From: Candidatus Fermentibacterota bacterium
GTDB lineage: Bacteria > Fermentibacterota > Fermentibacteria > Fermentibacterales > JCC-6
Assembly (NCBI GenBank): GCA_963845085.1
Contig: CAWJQI010000004.1
Span: 448,001-512,000, forward strand
Length of the DNA stretch: 64,000 nt
Direction of reading: 5' to 3'
The notes under the pieces are model-generated. The model saw only the letters and a list, made by a program, of their open reading frames with translations, searched no databases and was not told the origin of the DNA. Shown one piece after another: positions 19,645 to 29,548 of the stretch; the first letter of the stretch is position 1, and each line of letters begins with the position of its first letter. Made by a program: the position numbers and the translations under genes.

Positions 19645-20460
19645 TTATCGCCGGAACGGCATCTTGACGAGATCCAGCGCCCTGCGCAGGGGGCGCGTGG
19701 CCCTCCAGCAGAAGGAGCCCCTGATGTCGTTGTACCTTTTTTCGAATTCCCGGCTCCGCTCCAGGGCAATCTCCATGTTCCGTCTGTACATGCGGTTTTC
19801 ACTGAGAAGCAGTTCGATGCTTCTGTCGGAAACCGTTGCCCCGTCCCCGGGATCAATACCGGCCGACCAGCAGGCAGGCGGTACCCTCCTTCTGCAAAGG
19901 TCGGCGCCGGTGATCTTTCTGGCGGGATCGTCATGGTTGTAATGGGCCACGAGCCTTCGGTTGAAACCGGGTTCGCCGAGCGGTTCCTCGACGATGTAGA
20001 ATGCGTTCGGCTTTCTTCCCATCCAGGAATCCAGCTTCTCGGGCGTTACCGGGTCCTGCAGGTGGCCTGACTCCCCCCCGGCGGGCCACATGTAGGGCAC
20101 CGAAACTATGATTTGAGAACCGAGTTCGAGAAGCTTGCCGGCAAACGCTTTCACATCTTCATCGGAAAGGTGTTCAAGCACCTGGAGGCAGAGCACGAGG
20201 TCGTATGACCTGTCGGGTTTCCATTCAAGGAAATCCGCCCTGACCGGTACAACTCCGGGAGCGGTGTAGGGGTTGTCGATGTCCAGAGATGTTTTCGAGC
20301 CGACCCAGTGGAACCAGTCAAGATAGCCGCAACTCCTGGAGCCGACATCGATGAGTGAGCCGGCATCAGCCGCGACCACGCTTGCAAGCTGAAACACGCA
20401 CCTGTAATAGAGCATGTCCTGCCTGTCGGCCCAGTAGCCTGTTCCTGCTGTTTCGCTCAT
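19645..20460 (-). CDS. Class I SAM-dependent methyltransferase domain protein with C-terminal coiled-coil/amphipathic tail
   Basis: LIDVGS, YDLVLCLQVLEHL, IVSVPY; tail RYNDIRGSFCWRATRPLR. Start taken at ATG 20460. Confidence 0.7.
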   Translation of the reverse strand: MSETAGTGYWADRQDMLYYRCVFQLASVVAADAGSLIDVGSRSCGYLDWFHWVGSKTSLDIDNPYTAPGVVPVRADFLEWKPDRSYDLVLCLQVLEHLSDEDVKAFAGKLLELGSQIIVSVPYMWPAGGESGHLQDPVTPEKLDSWMGRKPNAFYIVEEPLGEPGFNRRLVAHYNHDDPARKITGADLCRRRVPPACWSAGIDPGDGATVSDRSIELLLSENRMYRRNMEIALERSREFEKRYNDIRGSFCWRATRPLRRALDLVKMPFRR

Positions 20461-20637
20461 GCTTCCACCATACCGGGACCCCGATTCAAGTGAATACCGC
20501 TCATTCAAACAGGTTATTGAATCATATCGGGATGCAACGAAAAAACAACCTCCGATAAACGCCCGACATGAAGCGGAGACGACTGGCATGCAATGAGTTT
20601 CCTGAGCCTGCGCGATGGGGCGGGCACGGGCCGGGAA

Positions 20638-21291
20638 TCAGTTGAAGTCCACGACGTCGCCGGTGACCGTGAAGATCACTCTCTCACAGATGTTGATGAC
20701 CCGGTCGCCGACCCTTTCGAGATTGTGGGCAACCCAGTCAAGAAGCATGCACTGCTCGATGTTCGAGGGACGCTCCATCACGAATGTCAACAACTCGCGG
20801 TGCACCTGCCTGAACAGAATGTCTATCTGCATGTCCCGTGTCGGGATCTCCCGGGCCGCCTGCTGATCACCTTCGGTGAACGCCCTCAGGGCGTCCTCAA
20901 GCATTGCCGTGGCGATGTCGCCCATCCTGGGGATGTCCACCAGGGGTTTGATGAGGGGTGTGTTTCCGATGTTAACGCTGATCCTGGCGATTCCCTTGGC
21001 GTAGTCACCGATGCGCTCAACCTCGTTCGTTATCTCCAGAACGCTGAAGATGAAGCGCAGATCACCTGCGACCGGCTGCTGGGTGGCAACAAGCCTGAGG
21101 CAGTGCTCTTCAATGTCCCAGCACTTGTGGTTCACCTGCTCGTCTGATTCGATTATGAGTGCCGCGCCCTTCATGTCCCTGTCGCCCAGATACTTGATGG
21201 AATCGCGGATGTTCCTTTTCACGAGTTCCACCACCGAAGTCATCTGGTTCTTCAGATCCGCGAGCTCAAGCTGATACTGCTCCCTGCCCAT
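20638..21291 (-). CDS. phoU: Phosphate signalling protein PhoU
   Basis: QQPVAGDLR, ERIGDYA, LERVGDRVINICE. Confidence 0.96.
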   Translation of the reverse strand: MGREQYQLELADLKNQMTSVVELVKRNIRDSIKYLGDRDMKGAALIIESDEQVNHKCWDIEEHCLRLVATQQPVAGDLRFIFSVLEITNEVERIGDYAKGIARISVNIGNTPLIKPLVDIPRMGDIATAMLEDALRAFTEGDQQAAREIPTRDMQIDILFRQVHRELLTFVMERPSNIEQCMLLDWVAHNLERVGDRVINICERVIFTVTGDVVDFN

Positions 21292-21303
21292 CGTGCTTCT
21301 CCT

Positions 21304-22071
21304 TTATCCGAACCGGCCCGTGATGTAGTCTTCCGTCCTCCGGTCCGAGGGGGAGGTGAAGATCTTTTTCGTAGGCCCGAATTCCACCATGTTCCCTGCC
21401 CTTTTCTCATCAGTGAGAAGAAATGCCGTGAAATCGGATACCCGGGCCGCCTGCTGCATGTTGTGGGTCACGATCACGATCGTGTAGTTCTCCTTCAGGG
21501 AGTTCATCAACTCCTCGATCTTGATTGTAGCAACGGGATCAAGTGCCGACGCAGGCTCATCCATGAGAATGACCTCGGGGGACACCGCAATGGCGCGGGC
21601 TATGCACAGCCTCTGCTGCTGTCCGCCGGACAGCGACATGGCGGACTTGTGCAGCTGGTCCTTCACCTCGTCCCAAAGGGCGGCCCTGGTCAGGCTTTCT
21701 TCTGCAATCTCCGCGAGTTTCGAGCGGTTCTTCGTTCCGTGGACTCTCGGACCGTAGGTCACATTGTCGAAAACCGACTTGGGAAATGGGTTGGGGCGCT
21801 GAAAGACCATCCCGACCCTTCTTCTCAGGTCAACCACATCCTCCCTGAATATGTCGCTTCCATCGAGCAGTACGGTTCCCTCCGTCCGGACGCCGGGGAT
21901 CAGCTCGTTCATCCTGTTGAAGCTTCGAAGCAGTGTGCTCTTGCCGCACCCCGAGGGACCTATGAATGCGGTGATCCTGTTGGCAGGTATTGCAATGCTA
22001 ATGTTGTTCAAAGCCCTGAATTCGCCGTAGAAGAGCGAGTAGTCACGGGTCGTTAGCCTGACCTGTTCCAT
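21304..22071 (-). CDS. pstB: Phosphate ABC transporter ATPase
   Basis: [43 protein letters not shown]. Confidence 0.97.
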   Translation of the reverse strand: MEQVRLTTRDYSLFYGEFRALNNISIAIPANRITAFIGPSGCGKSTLLRSFNRMNELIPGVRTEGTVLLDGSDIFREDVVDLRRRVGMVFQRPNPFPKSVFDNVTYGPRVHGTKNRSKLAEIAEESLTRAALWDEVKDQLHKSAMSLSGGQQQRLCIARAIAVSPEVILMDEPASALDPVATIKIEELMNSLKENYTIVIVTHNMQQAARVSDFTAFLLTDEKRAGNMVEFGPTKKIFTSPSDRRTEDYITGRFG

Positions 22072-22074
22072 GGG

Positions 22075-22923
22075 CTACCTCGCATCCCGGGTGATTCGCC
22101 GGGAGATCATGTTGATGGAAAGGTTCATCAGTATCACAAGAACCACGAGCACGGCGGCTGTGGCCATGGCCTTGTCGAAAGCCCTGGTTTCCATGGCGAG
22201 GTAGTAGACATGAAGAGCCATGGAACGGCCGCTTGCCATGATCGAGGTCGGTGTTCGGTAGCTTCCGCCCAGGGTCACGAAGAAGATGGCGGTTTCACTC
22301 ACGATCCTTCCGGCTCCCAGGACGATTCCCGTCGTTATCCCTGGAAATGCCGATGGAAGGATCACCTTCCGGATGGTTTCCCATCGAGTGGCGCCAAGAG
22401 CAAGGGATCCATCGCGGTAGGAACCGGGAACAGCCTTCAGTGCTTCCTCGGTGGTTCTGATGATAACCGGAATGATGAGACAGGATCCGGCAAGGGCGGC
22501 GGACGCGAGGGAGAAACCAAGTTTCATCGCCGTGACGAACAGCGCGTAGCCGAAAAGCCCGAAGATCACCGAGGGCACTCCTGCAAGAGTTTCCACACCA
22601 AAACGTGCGGCGGAAGTGATCCTTTTCATCAACCGTGATCTGGTCTGGTCGGCATATTCGACAAGGTAGATGCCCGCCCCGACCCCCAGAGGAGTTGCCA
22701 CCAGAAGAGTGAGTAAAACCAGGTAGACCGTGGTGATGATCGTGGACTGGATGCCCCCCTCGCCGGAGAGGCCACCCCTCGGAGAGGTCGTGAAGAACTC
22801 CGGAGTGATGTCCGCGAATCCCTTGAAGACCACGTACCCCACGACGGAAATCATTATTAGAACCGCCCCGAGCCCTGCCATCCAGAAGATGGTGAAAGCG
22901 GCGTTCTGAGCCAGTTTTCTCAT
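22075..22923 (-). CDS. pstA: Phosphate ABC transporter permease
   Basis: LAGVPSVIFGLFG, RTTEEALKAVP, SLALGATRWETI. Confidence 0.95.
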   Translation of the reverse strand: MRKLAQNAAFTIFWMAGLGAVLIMISVVGYVVFKGFADITPEFFTTSPRGGLSGEGGIQSTIITTVYLVLLTLLVATPLGVGAGIYLVEYADQTRSRLMKRITSAARFGVETLAGVPSVIFGLFGYALFVTAMKLGFSLASAALAGSCLIIPVIIRTTEEALKAVPGSYRDGSLALGATRWETIRKVILPSAFPGITTGIVLGAGRIVSETAIFFVTLGGSYRTPTSIMASGRSMALHVYYLAMETRAFDKAMATAAVLVVLVILMNLSINMISRRITRDAR

Positions 22924-23837
22924 CCGTTCCTCCCGCCCGCAACGCCTGCCTTCAAAAGCCCCCTGGCGCTGGCATTCACAATCATGATCAGAACGAAGAG
23001 AACGACGCCGGTCGCGAAGAGGGCGCTCTCATGAATTCCGGTGGCATACGAGATCTCAACGGCGATGTTTCCGGTCAGGGTTCGAGCGCGGCTGAGGAAG
23101 ATCGATGCGGGGTTGCCGTTGACCGGGGCAGGCATGATCACGGAGTTGCCGATCACCATTATCATGGCGATGGTTTCCCCCAGCGCCCGCCCGAGCCCGA
23201 GAACCACTGCGCTGAGTATTCCCGAACGGGCCGCTGGAATGTTGACCCTCCGGATGGTTTCCCATCTCGTTGCGCCGAGAGCCAGGGATCCGTCGACGTA
23301 GCTTCTCGGAACGCTCCTGAGTGCGCATTCCGCAACGGTGGCGATGGTCGGCAGTATCATCACGGCGAGAACCATCGATGCCGCGAGCAGGCCGAATCCT
23401 GCGTTCCCGGGCACATCGATCCCTCTGATCAGGGGAACGATGACAACCATCCCGAACAGCCCGAAAACAACCGAAGGAATGCCCGCAAGCAGTTCAACCG
23501 AAGGCCTGACGATCCCCGCCATCCACTTCGGCGCCACTTCGGCGAGGAACACGGCGCACCCCAGTGCAAGGGGTACGCCGATCAGTACCGAGCCAAGGGT
23601 CACGAGGCCGGAACCAGCAATCATCGCAAGCATGCCGTAGGATTCCTGGCCGGGGCGCCAGACCTTCCCTGTGAGCATGTTGATCGGACCCATGCCCCGA
23701 AGGGCTGGCATCGCTTCCTTCAGGGTGAAGAGCGCGATGAGGAACACGATGACCACTGATGACACGGCCGAGACGAACAGGACTATCCTCATGGCCCTCT
23801 CGACTCTGTGCCTGCCCGCCGACCCTTCGTGAGACAC
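22920..23837 (-). CDS. pstC: Phosphate ABC transporter permease
   Basis: ELLAGIPSVVFG, LGRALGETIAM; ATGA overlap with pstA. Confidence 0.95.
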   Translation of the reverse strand: MSHEGSAGRHRVERAMRIVLFVSAVSSVVIVFLIALFTLKEAMPALRGMGPINMLTGKVWRPGQESYGMLAMIAGSGLVTLGSVLIGVPLALGCAVFLAEVAPKWMAGIVRPSVELLAGIPSVVFGLFGMVVIVPLIRGIDVPGNAGFGLLAASMVLAVMILPTIATVAECALRSVPRSYVDGSLALGATRWETIRRVNIPAARSGILSAVVLGLGRALGETIAMIMVIGNSVIMPAPVNGNPASIFLSRARTLTGNIAVEISYATGIHESALFATGVVLFVLIMIVNASARGLLKAGVAGGRNG

Positions 23838-23852
23838 TTCGATATCCTGTTC

Positions 23853-24703
23853 TCAGTTGATTGGAAGGTAGCCCTCGGCCACCACAATGGCCTGGCCGTC
23901 CTCGCTGACTATGAAATCGAGCCATTCGGCCACTGCGCCCAGGGGCTCACCGTCGGTGACCATGTTGAGGGGTCTTGAAACCGGGTAGCTGCCGTTTGCA
24001 ACGTTTTCGGGAGTGGGTTCGGCGCCGTCGATCGAGATGGTCTTCACCGATGCATCGATATAGCCGAAGGAAAGATAGGCCACGGCTCCGGGCGTTGTGC
24101 TGCAGGTGGTCCTCACGGCACCGTTGGAGGGCTGGAGAATGGCACTTTCCGCCATGAGCACTTCCTCACCGAGAACGAGCTCTTCGAAGGCGCCGCGGGT
24201 GCCTGAGCCTTCCTCGCGCGATACCACGATGACCGGCATGTCAGGGCCGCCGACCTGGTTCCAGTTCGTAACGACACCGGAAAAGACATCGCGGCACTGG
24301 TCCATCGTAAGCGCATCAACAGCAACACCGGGTTCCACAACAATTGCAATTCCATCGTTCGCTATGGTGTGGACCACCATGCCCGGGAACTCCTCGAACT
24401 CCGAGGCCTTGATGTTCCTTGAAGCCATGCCTATCTGGGCGCTGCCGTCACAGGCGCTCTTGACTCCGACGCTGCTCCCGCCGCCGCTGACCGTGATCGT
24501 GACTTCCGGGTGAAGAACCTCGAAGGCCTCTCCAAGAACCTCTGCCAGAGGCTGAACCGTGGTGGAACCCACCACGCTTATCTCACCGCTGAGTGCCGCG
24601 GTGGAGTCGGGGCTGGCTCCTTCGGTCACCGGTTGGGGCTGTTCTCCGCATGCTGCCGCAAGGCCAGAAGCAGTGTCGAAAGTATTGCTGCTGCCGTTTT
24701 CAT
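23853..24703 (-). CDS. pstS: Phosphate-binding lipoprotein PstS; single-base frameshift in the signal peptide near 24660-24663
   Basis: GSTTVQP, GGGSSVG, SREEGSGTR, YPVSRPL. ATG 24703 gives MKTAAAILSTLLLA and the lipobox AAAC-GEQ continues in the mature frame; one added base gives 283 aa. Confidence 0.9.
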
Positions 24704-24736
24704 TTTTGTTCCGTTCCGTTATTTCCGTTTGGCGGA

Positions 24737-25801
24737 CTAGAAGTTCATCCGCCAGTTGAGGTACATGTTCGTGTAGCCATCGATTTCCTCGTTTTCGAAG
24801 CCGTAGTTGCGGGCTCCGAGCATCAGGGTGTTCCTGCTGCCGGTGAGGTCCATGGCCACACAGAAGTCGATCGCGTTCACATTATTCTCGGGCTCTTCGG
24901 CACCCTCGGCAAGGGTGGTGGAGGGGTTCACCATGTCGTACCTGACGGCTGGACGAACCGCTCTGACGAAGCCCTCGCCAACGGCGAACTCAGCGGCGGC
25001 GGCCATGGTCATGCAGGATCCGTCGGTCATCTCCATGCCCTCTTCTTCAGCACCGGTGCGGCCCAGCATGGCGTACTCGCCCTCGAAGAAGAGCTTTGCG
25101 GTCTCGCCCATCGGGTAGTTGACGACTGCGAATAAGTCGATGCCGCTGCTGCTCCAGCTCTCAGTGGTGCCGGTGCTGTCCTCGATCTCGGGCTGGCCGA
25201 TGGTGGTGTAGGCGCCGCCGAAGGTGATCCACTCCGCCGCCTCGACGCTGGCCCTGGCCGCGAACTGGTTGTTCTCGTCGTTGTCGGAGATGGTGTTGTT
25301 GCCTGTGCCGTTGAACAGCGCCAGGTCGACGGTGACGGGTTCGAATGAGGCCACCAGGCAGATGCCGTTGTCACGTGCCGCGTAGTTCTTGTAGTCGCCG
25401 ACGCTGGTGATGTGGGCCCTGTCCGCGAAGTACATGCTGCTGCTGGAGCGGGTGTTGGCGTAGCCGAAGGGAACCTTGAACTGCCCGCCCATCAGGGACA
25501 GGTTCCCGGTGAAGTTGAGGTTGATGAACAAATCCGCGAGCTTGACGTTACCGTTGCTGCTGGAAAGCTCCAGGTTGATCTTGCCGTTAACGAAGTCGTT
25601 CAGTTTGGGAAGCCAGTCGATGGTGAAGAACGAGGACATGTTGTTCTCAGGATTTATCTCTTCCTGACCAAGGAAATCCCATCGAAAATAGCCTGTTCCC
25701 TTGAACGTGAGCAGCTCGGCACCACCGGTGCTGAATTCGCCCGAGGCGAAGGATGCTGCTGCAGAAAGAACAGCAAGAGTAGCCATAATGCCGGACTTCA
25801 T
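24737..25801 (-). CDS. Outer-membrane porin, phosphate-selective OprO/OprP-like
   Basis: Signal peptide, GGQFKVPFG motif, LALFNGTG, C-terminal YLNWRMNF; lies directly upstream of pstS. Confidence 0.75.
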   Translation of the reverse strand: MKSGIMATLAVLSAAASFASGEFSTGGAELLTFKGTGYFRWDFLGQEEINPENNMSSFFTIDWLPKLNDFVNGKINLELSSSNGNVKLADLFINLNFTGNLSLMGGQFKVPFGYANTRSSSSMYFADRAHITSVGDYKNYAARDNGICLVASFEPVTVDLALFNGTGNNTISDNDENNQFAARASVEAAEWITFGGAYTTIGQPEIEDSTGTTESWSSSGIDLFAVVNYPMGETAKLFFEGEYAMLGRTGAEEEGMEMTDGSCMTMAAAAEFAVGEGFVRAVRPAVRYDMVNPSTTLAEGAEEPENNVNAIDFCVAMDLTGSRNTLMLGARNYGFENEEIDGYTNMYLNWRMNF

Positions 25802-25868
25802 GTTGTTTTCACCTTTCGATTGTTCCTGTTCGGCACCCGCCGTGCCGGAGGTAAGATCAGGTCGAAAA

Positions 25869-25907
25869 GTTAAGGGGGTATTCAGCCTTTGTTGTGAAAA
25901 CGTTAAG
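25869..25907 (-). promoter_or_regulatory. Putative Pho box (four 11-bp-period half-sites)
   Basis: Minus strand CTTAACgtttt CACAACaaagg CTGAATacccc CTTAAC, upstream of porin-pstSCAB-phoU. Confidence 0.6.
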
Positions 25908-27627
25908 AAACGGCTTCCGGAGTTTGGGGTGCAGCAGGCAGTGACACCGTGAAGATCGTGCCGGCGCCTGGCGTGCTGTCCACCCTTACCGAGCCCCCGG
26001 TGCCCTCAACGATGTGTTTCACGATTGCGAGCCCGAGGCCGGTGCCGCCGACCCTGCGGGAACGGGAGCGGTCCACGACGTAGAATCGTTCGAACAACCG
26101 GGGCAGGTGTTCCGGGGCGATTCCCGGCCCTGTGTCGGAAACGGCAATGGCGACAGTGTCTGCATAACGCTGCGCACTGACAAGAATCCGGCCGGAGTCC
26201 GTGTATCTCAGGGCATTTTCCAGAAGGTTCACCAGCACCTGTTCAAGCCTGTACCTGTCAACAGCCACCGCAAGCGCCGGGTCGTCCTGCTCGACTTCGA
26301 GCAGAAGCCCTTTCTGCGCGATGCCTGCCCTGAAGAGGGGAAGCACTGTATCGAGGGCATCCTTCACGAGAACCCGTGAGGGTTCATCTACCACGGCAGC
26401 ATCCTCAAGCTCGGAGAGTGTCTGGATGTCCCTCACGAGGTTTATCATCCGGTCGGCATTCCTCGCGATCACCCGCAGGAGTGGTTCCGGGTCGTCTTCG
26501 GAATGTTCCAGCAGTGTCTCGGTGTACCCTTTGATGGCCGTCAGGGGTGTTCTCAGTTCGTGCGCAGCATTGATGGTGAAATCACGCTTCATCTTCCCCA
26601 GCAGCTCTTCTCCGGTGATGTCACGAAAAGAGAAAACCCTGCCGGAGGCGCCCTCGATGGGCGCGGACTCGAAGGCGATGACGGATCCGGAGCTTTCCAT
26701 CCTTCCGCTCTTTTCGCAGGTGGACATTGCTTCGGTCACCGCCGGGGGAACCCCCCTTCCATCGGGGCTTGCGCCGAACATCCTTTGAAAGGAGTCGTTC
26801 ATCATCACGACCCGCCCCCTGCCATCGGTCACCGCAAGTCCTTCAACGATGGAACGAAGAACAGCCCGGTTCGTCCTGTCGCTTTCCTTTATCTCCTGAA
26901 CCAGCTGCTGGGTTCTGGCAAGGGTTTCGTTCAGTGCAGCTGCAAGCTGCATGTGTTCGCGGGTGGTGCCGGGTGAAACCCTTGCGCCGAGATCGCCGGC
27001 CTTCACCCTGTCGGCCACCTCCGCAAGCTCCCTCAACGGCCGTGCGATCCCCCCCGCGATAAGCCAGCCGGCTGCCAGCGCAAGAAGAAGAAGAACCAGC
27101 AGCAGCACGAGGATCTTCCTTGCAAGCACTATCAGGGCGCTGTGCCAGCGATCCGTTTCGAGGCTCACGCGCATGACGGCGATGACGCTGTCGACGAAGA
27201 ACACGGGGATTGAGGCGTTGAGCATGTAAGGATCGCCGGGACCGCCCGGCGATTCGAATGTGCCTTCCCTCCCGTTGAATGCCGATATGACGTCAGGTCT
27301 CGTCCTGATGCTTTCCGGAACGGGAAGTGATGGATCACTGTCGGCAATGACCGTTCCGCTTCGATCGACCACCAGTATCCTTGCACCCATTGCTGTTCCG
27401 GCGCTTCTGACATGGCTTCTAAGCCTGGAAAAAACAGAATCGGCAACAAGGGGGGTGACGGAAGGTTCAAGGGCTCTCCCCGCCCTCGTGAGTTCGCTCA
27501 GGGAGGTGCGCCGTGCCGAGGCGTTGAACTCGCCGAGGATGACCAGCGACAGCAAAACGCACATGGCGAACACCACGACAAGGTATCCGCGGAAGATCCT
27601 GATGAAGACCGAAGGGAGGCGTTTCAT
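25903..27627 (-). CDS. phoR: Phosphate regulon sensor histidine kinase (HAMP, PAS, HisKA, HATPase)
   Basis: AHELRTPLTAIKGYTETL, NLLENALRY, DTGPGI, FERFYVVDRSRSRRVGGTGLGL; ATGA overlap with phoB; adjacent to pst. Confidence 0.9.
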   Translation of the reverse strand: MKRLPSVFIRIFRGYLVVVFAMCVLLSLVILGEFNASARRTSLSELTRAGRALEPSVTPLVADSVFSRLRSHVRSAGTAMGARILVVDRSGTVIADSDPSLPVPESIRTRPDVISAFNGREGTFESPGGPGDPYMLNASIPVFFVDSVIAVMRVSLETDRWHSALIVLARKILVLLLVLLLLALAAGWLIAGGIARPLRELAEVADRVKAGDLGARVSPGTTREHMQLAAALNETLARTQQLVQEIKESDRTNRAVLRSIVEGLAVTDGRGRVVMMNDSFQRMFGASPDGRGVPPAVTEAMSTCEKSGRMESSGSVIAFESAPIEGASGRVFSFRDITGEELLGKMKRDFTINAAHELRTPLTAIKGYTETLLEHSEDDPEPLLRVIARNADRMINLVRDIQTLSELEDAAVVDEPSRVLVKDALDTVLPLFRAGIAQKGLLLEVEQDDPALAVAVDRYRLEQVLVNLLENALRYTDSGRILVSAQRYADTVAIAVSDTGPGIAPEHLPRLFERFYVVDRSRSRRVGGTGLGLAIVKHIVEGTGGSVRVDSTPGAGTIFTVSLPAAPQTPEAVS

Positions 27628-28322
27628 GTAACCAGCCTGTATCCCACGCCCCTGACGCTGTGAAGACACTTCCCCGCAGCGCCGAGTTTTTCCCGCAAGT
27701 GCGCGATGTGAACGTCTATCGTGCGTTCAAAGACGTACTTTTCGCCATCCCAGAGAAGTTCGAGCAGGCCTGCCCGTGTAAGGACCCTCCCGCCCCCCTC
27801 GACAAGTGCACCGAGGATACGGAACTCCGTCGGGGTCAGGTCTACTTGAACCCCGTCAACCGTGGCTTCGAAGGAATCAGGTCTCAGAACGATGGGACCC
27901 CACCGGCATTCCCTGGACGAATCGACATCAGGCCGCAGCCGCCTCAACACGGCCCTTGCCCTTGCCACAAGTTCTCTGGGCGAGAAGGGCTTCACCACAT
28001 AATCGTCGGCTCCCAGCTCCAGACCCAGAACCTTCTCCGTCTCGTGGCCAAGAGCCGTAAGCATGATCACCGGAACCGATGCGAGTCTCGGGGTGGAGCG
28101 GATCAACCTGCAGAGGTCGGTGCCCCTGACGTCCGGCAGCATGATGTCGAGTATGACGAGTGCAGGAACATGGTCATGAAGCCAGGACAGAAACCCTGTG
28201 CCGTCGGAAAACGTAACCACCCTGAAGCCGGCTTTCACGAGGTGCATGGCAACGAGCCCCGAGATGTCGTCTTCGTCATCGACGACCGCCACCGGGGCTT
28301 CCGGGGCTGCGACTCCGGTCAG
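27624..28322 (-). CDS. phoB: OmpR/PhoB family response regulator
   Basis: VVDDE, LDIMLP, GADDYVVKPFSPREL, RTIDVHIAHLREKL, VRGVGY. Start uncertain (CTG 28322, GTG 28292 or ATG 28376). Confidence 0.88.
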   Translation of the reverse strand: MTGVAAPEAPVAVVDDEDDISGLVAMHLVKAGFRVVTFSDGTGFLSWLHDHVPALVILDIMLPDVRGTDLCRLIRSTPRLASVPVIMLTALGHETEKVLGLELGADDYVVKPFSPRELVARARAVLRRLRPDVDSSRECRWGPIVLRPDSFEATVDGVQVDLTPTEFRILGALVEGGGRVLTRAGLLELLWDGEKYVFERTIDVHIAHLREKLGAAGKCLHSVRGVGYRLVT

Positions 28323-29548
28323 GCCTTCCGCCGGGGTCCGGTCTTCATGCCGAGCCGACTGGTGAGGGTATGCCATGTCTCCATCCAGAAGGGGCCCGAT
28401 TCGCCTCTGCCAATGGAACGGAACCATTCGAGGGTGATGATCCAGCCTATCGAGAGCAGGAAGGTGATGGCCGTGATCAGAAGGACCTTCGTTGTCCTCC
28501 TCGGGAAAACGCGTTCATGAGCGGGGGTCGGGGGGACAAGCACTTCGATCGTGGGGCTTTCCCTGGCCTCTTCGATTCTCAGGTTCTCAAGCTCCTGCCT
28601 GAGGAGCAGATAGACCATCCGTCTGGTCTCAACCTCAAGGTACAGTTCCTCGTAACGCCGTATCATCGACGGAAGGCTGTCAAGCGGTGGAAAGGCCGAG
28701 AGGCCGGTGCCCCCGCCTGTTATCCTCTCGTTGACCGCCTCGAGAAGGTACTCGTATTTGGCCGACGCGCGGGCCCATGATGATGAGCGCGCGGAAAGAC
28801 CGGCCGACACCGATGAGAGCTCGGACCCGGCAAGGACAAGTTCCTGCTGCATTTCCGAGATCATGGCCACCATCAGACCGCCCTGCTCCGGAAGGAGAAA
28901 ACCGGACTCGGAGCGGAAGGCCTCAAGCCTGGCGTTGGCGCTGGACAGTGAATCGCCGGCGACGGAAAGGGAACGCTCCGCTTCTATCCGTGCCCTTCTG
29001 GCCCTGCTTGTGACCATCATGGACAGCTGGTCGTTGGCAAAATCGATGAGGTCCTGAACCATGGCAGCCGATTCCTGGCGGCTGTCGGCCCTGATGGACA
29101 CGATGAGGAGGTTCTCCGGAGACAGAGCAATGGAAAGGCGCTTCTCGAACTTCTCGATCGTCCTCTCCATGTTGGGGGCGCGAAGCCTGTCGATGAGATC
29201 GTATTTCAGTATCAGCCGTTCGAGCACCGGCCTCGAGCCGAGAACCTGCTGAACGATCGTGACGTCGGTGCCGCCCGCCTGTGTCGGCAGGAGGTTTTCC
29301 AGCATGCCTCCCCCGAAACCGCTGAGGTCCATACCCATCAGGCTGCCCATCCCGAGGGAGGAGGACTGCTGACCGGGAACCATGAGAACAGCCCATGAAG
29401 CCCACTGCTTCTTCACCATCAGGGTATAGACCGATGTTGCGACGGCGACTGCGAAGCAGACCACCGCAATCTTCCTGATGTTCAGTGCCACCGACCTGAT
29501 CACCGTGGCTGTGAAGGTCTCGCTGAATACCCTTTTGTTCTCCGGCAT
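28319..29548 (-). CDS. Polysaccharide co-polymerase / chain-length protein (Wzz/GumC-like, no kinase domain)
   Basis: N- and C-terminal TM helices flanking a coiled-coil region; IEVLVPPTPAHERVFPRR proline motif. Confidence 0.8.
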   Translation of the reverse strand: MPENKRVFSETFTATVIRSVALNIRKIAVVCFAVAVATSVYTLMVKKQWASWAVLMVPGQQSSSLGMGSLMGMDLSGFGGGMLENLLPTQAGGTDVTIVQQVLGSRPVLERLILKYDLIDRLRAPNMERTIEKFEKRLSIALSPENLLIVSIRADSRQESAAMVQDLIDFANDQLSMMVTSRARRARIEAERSLSVAGDSLSSANARLEAFRSESGFLLPEQGGLMVAMISEMQQELVLAGSELSSVSAGLSARSSSWARASAKYEYLLEAVNERITGGGTGLSAFPPLDSLPSMIRRYEELYLEVETRRMVYLLLRQELENLRIEEARESPTIEVLVPPTPAHERVFPRRTTKVLLITAITFLLSIGWIITLEWFRSIGRGESGPFWMETWHTLTSRLGMKTGPRRKA

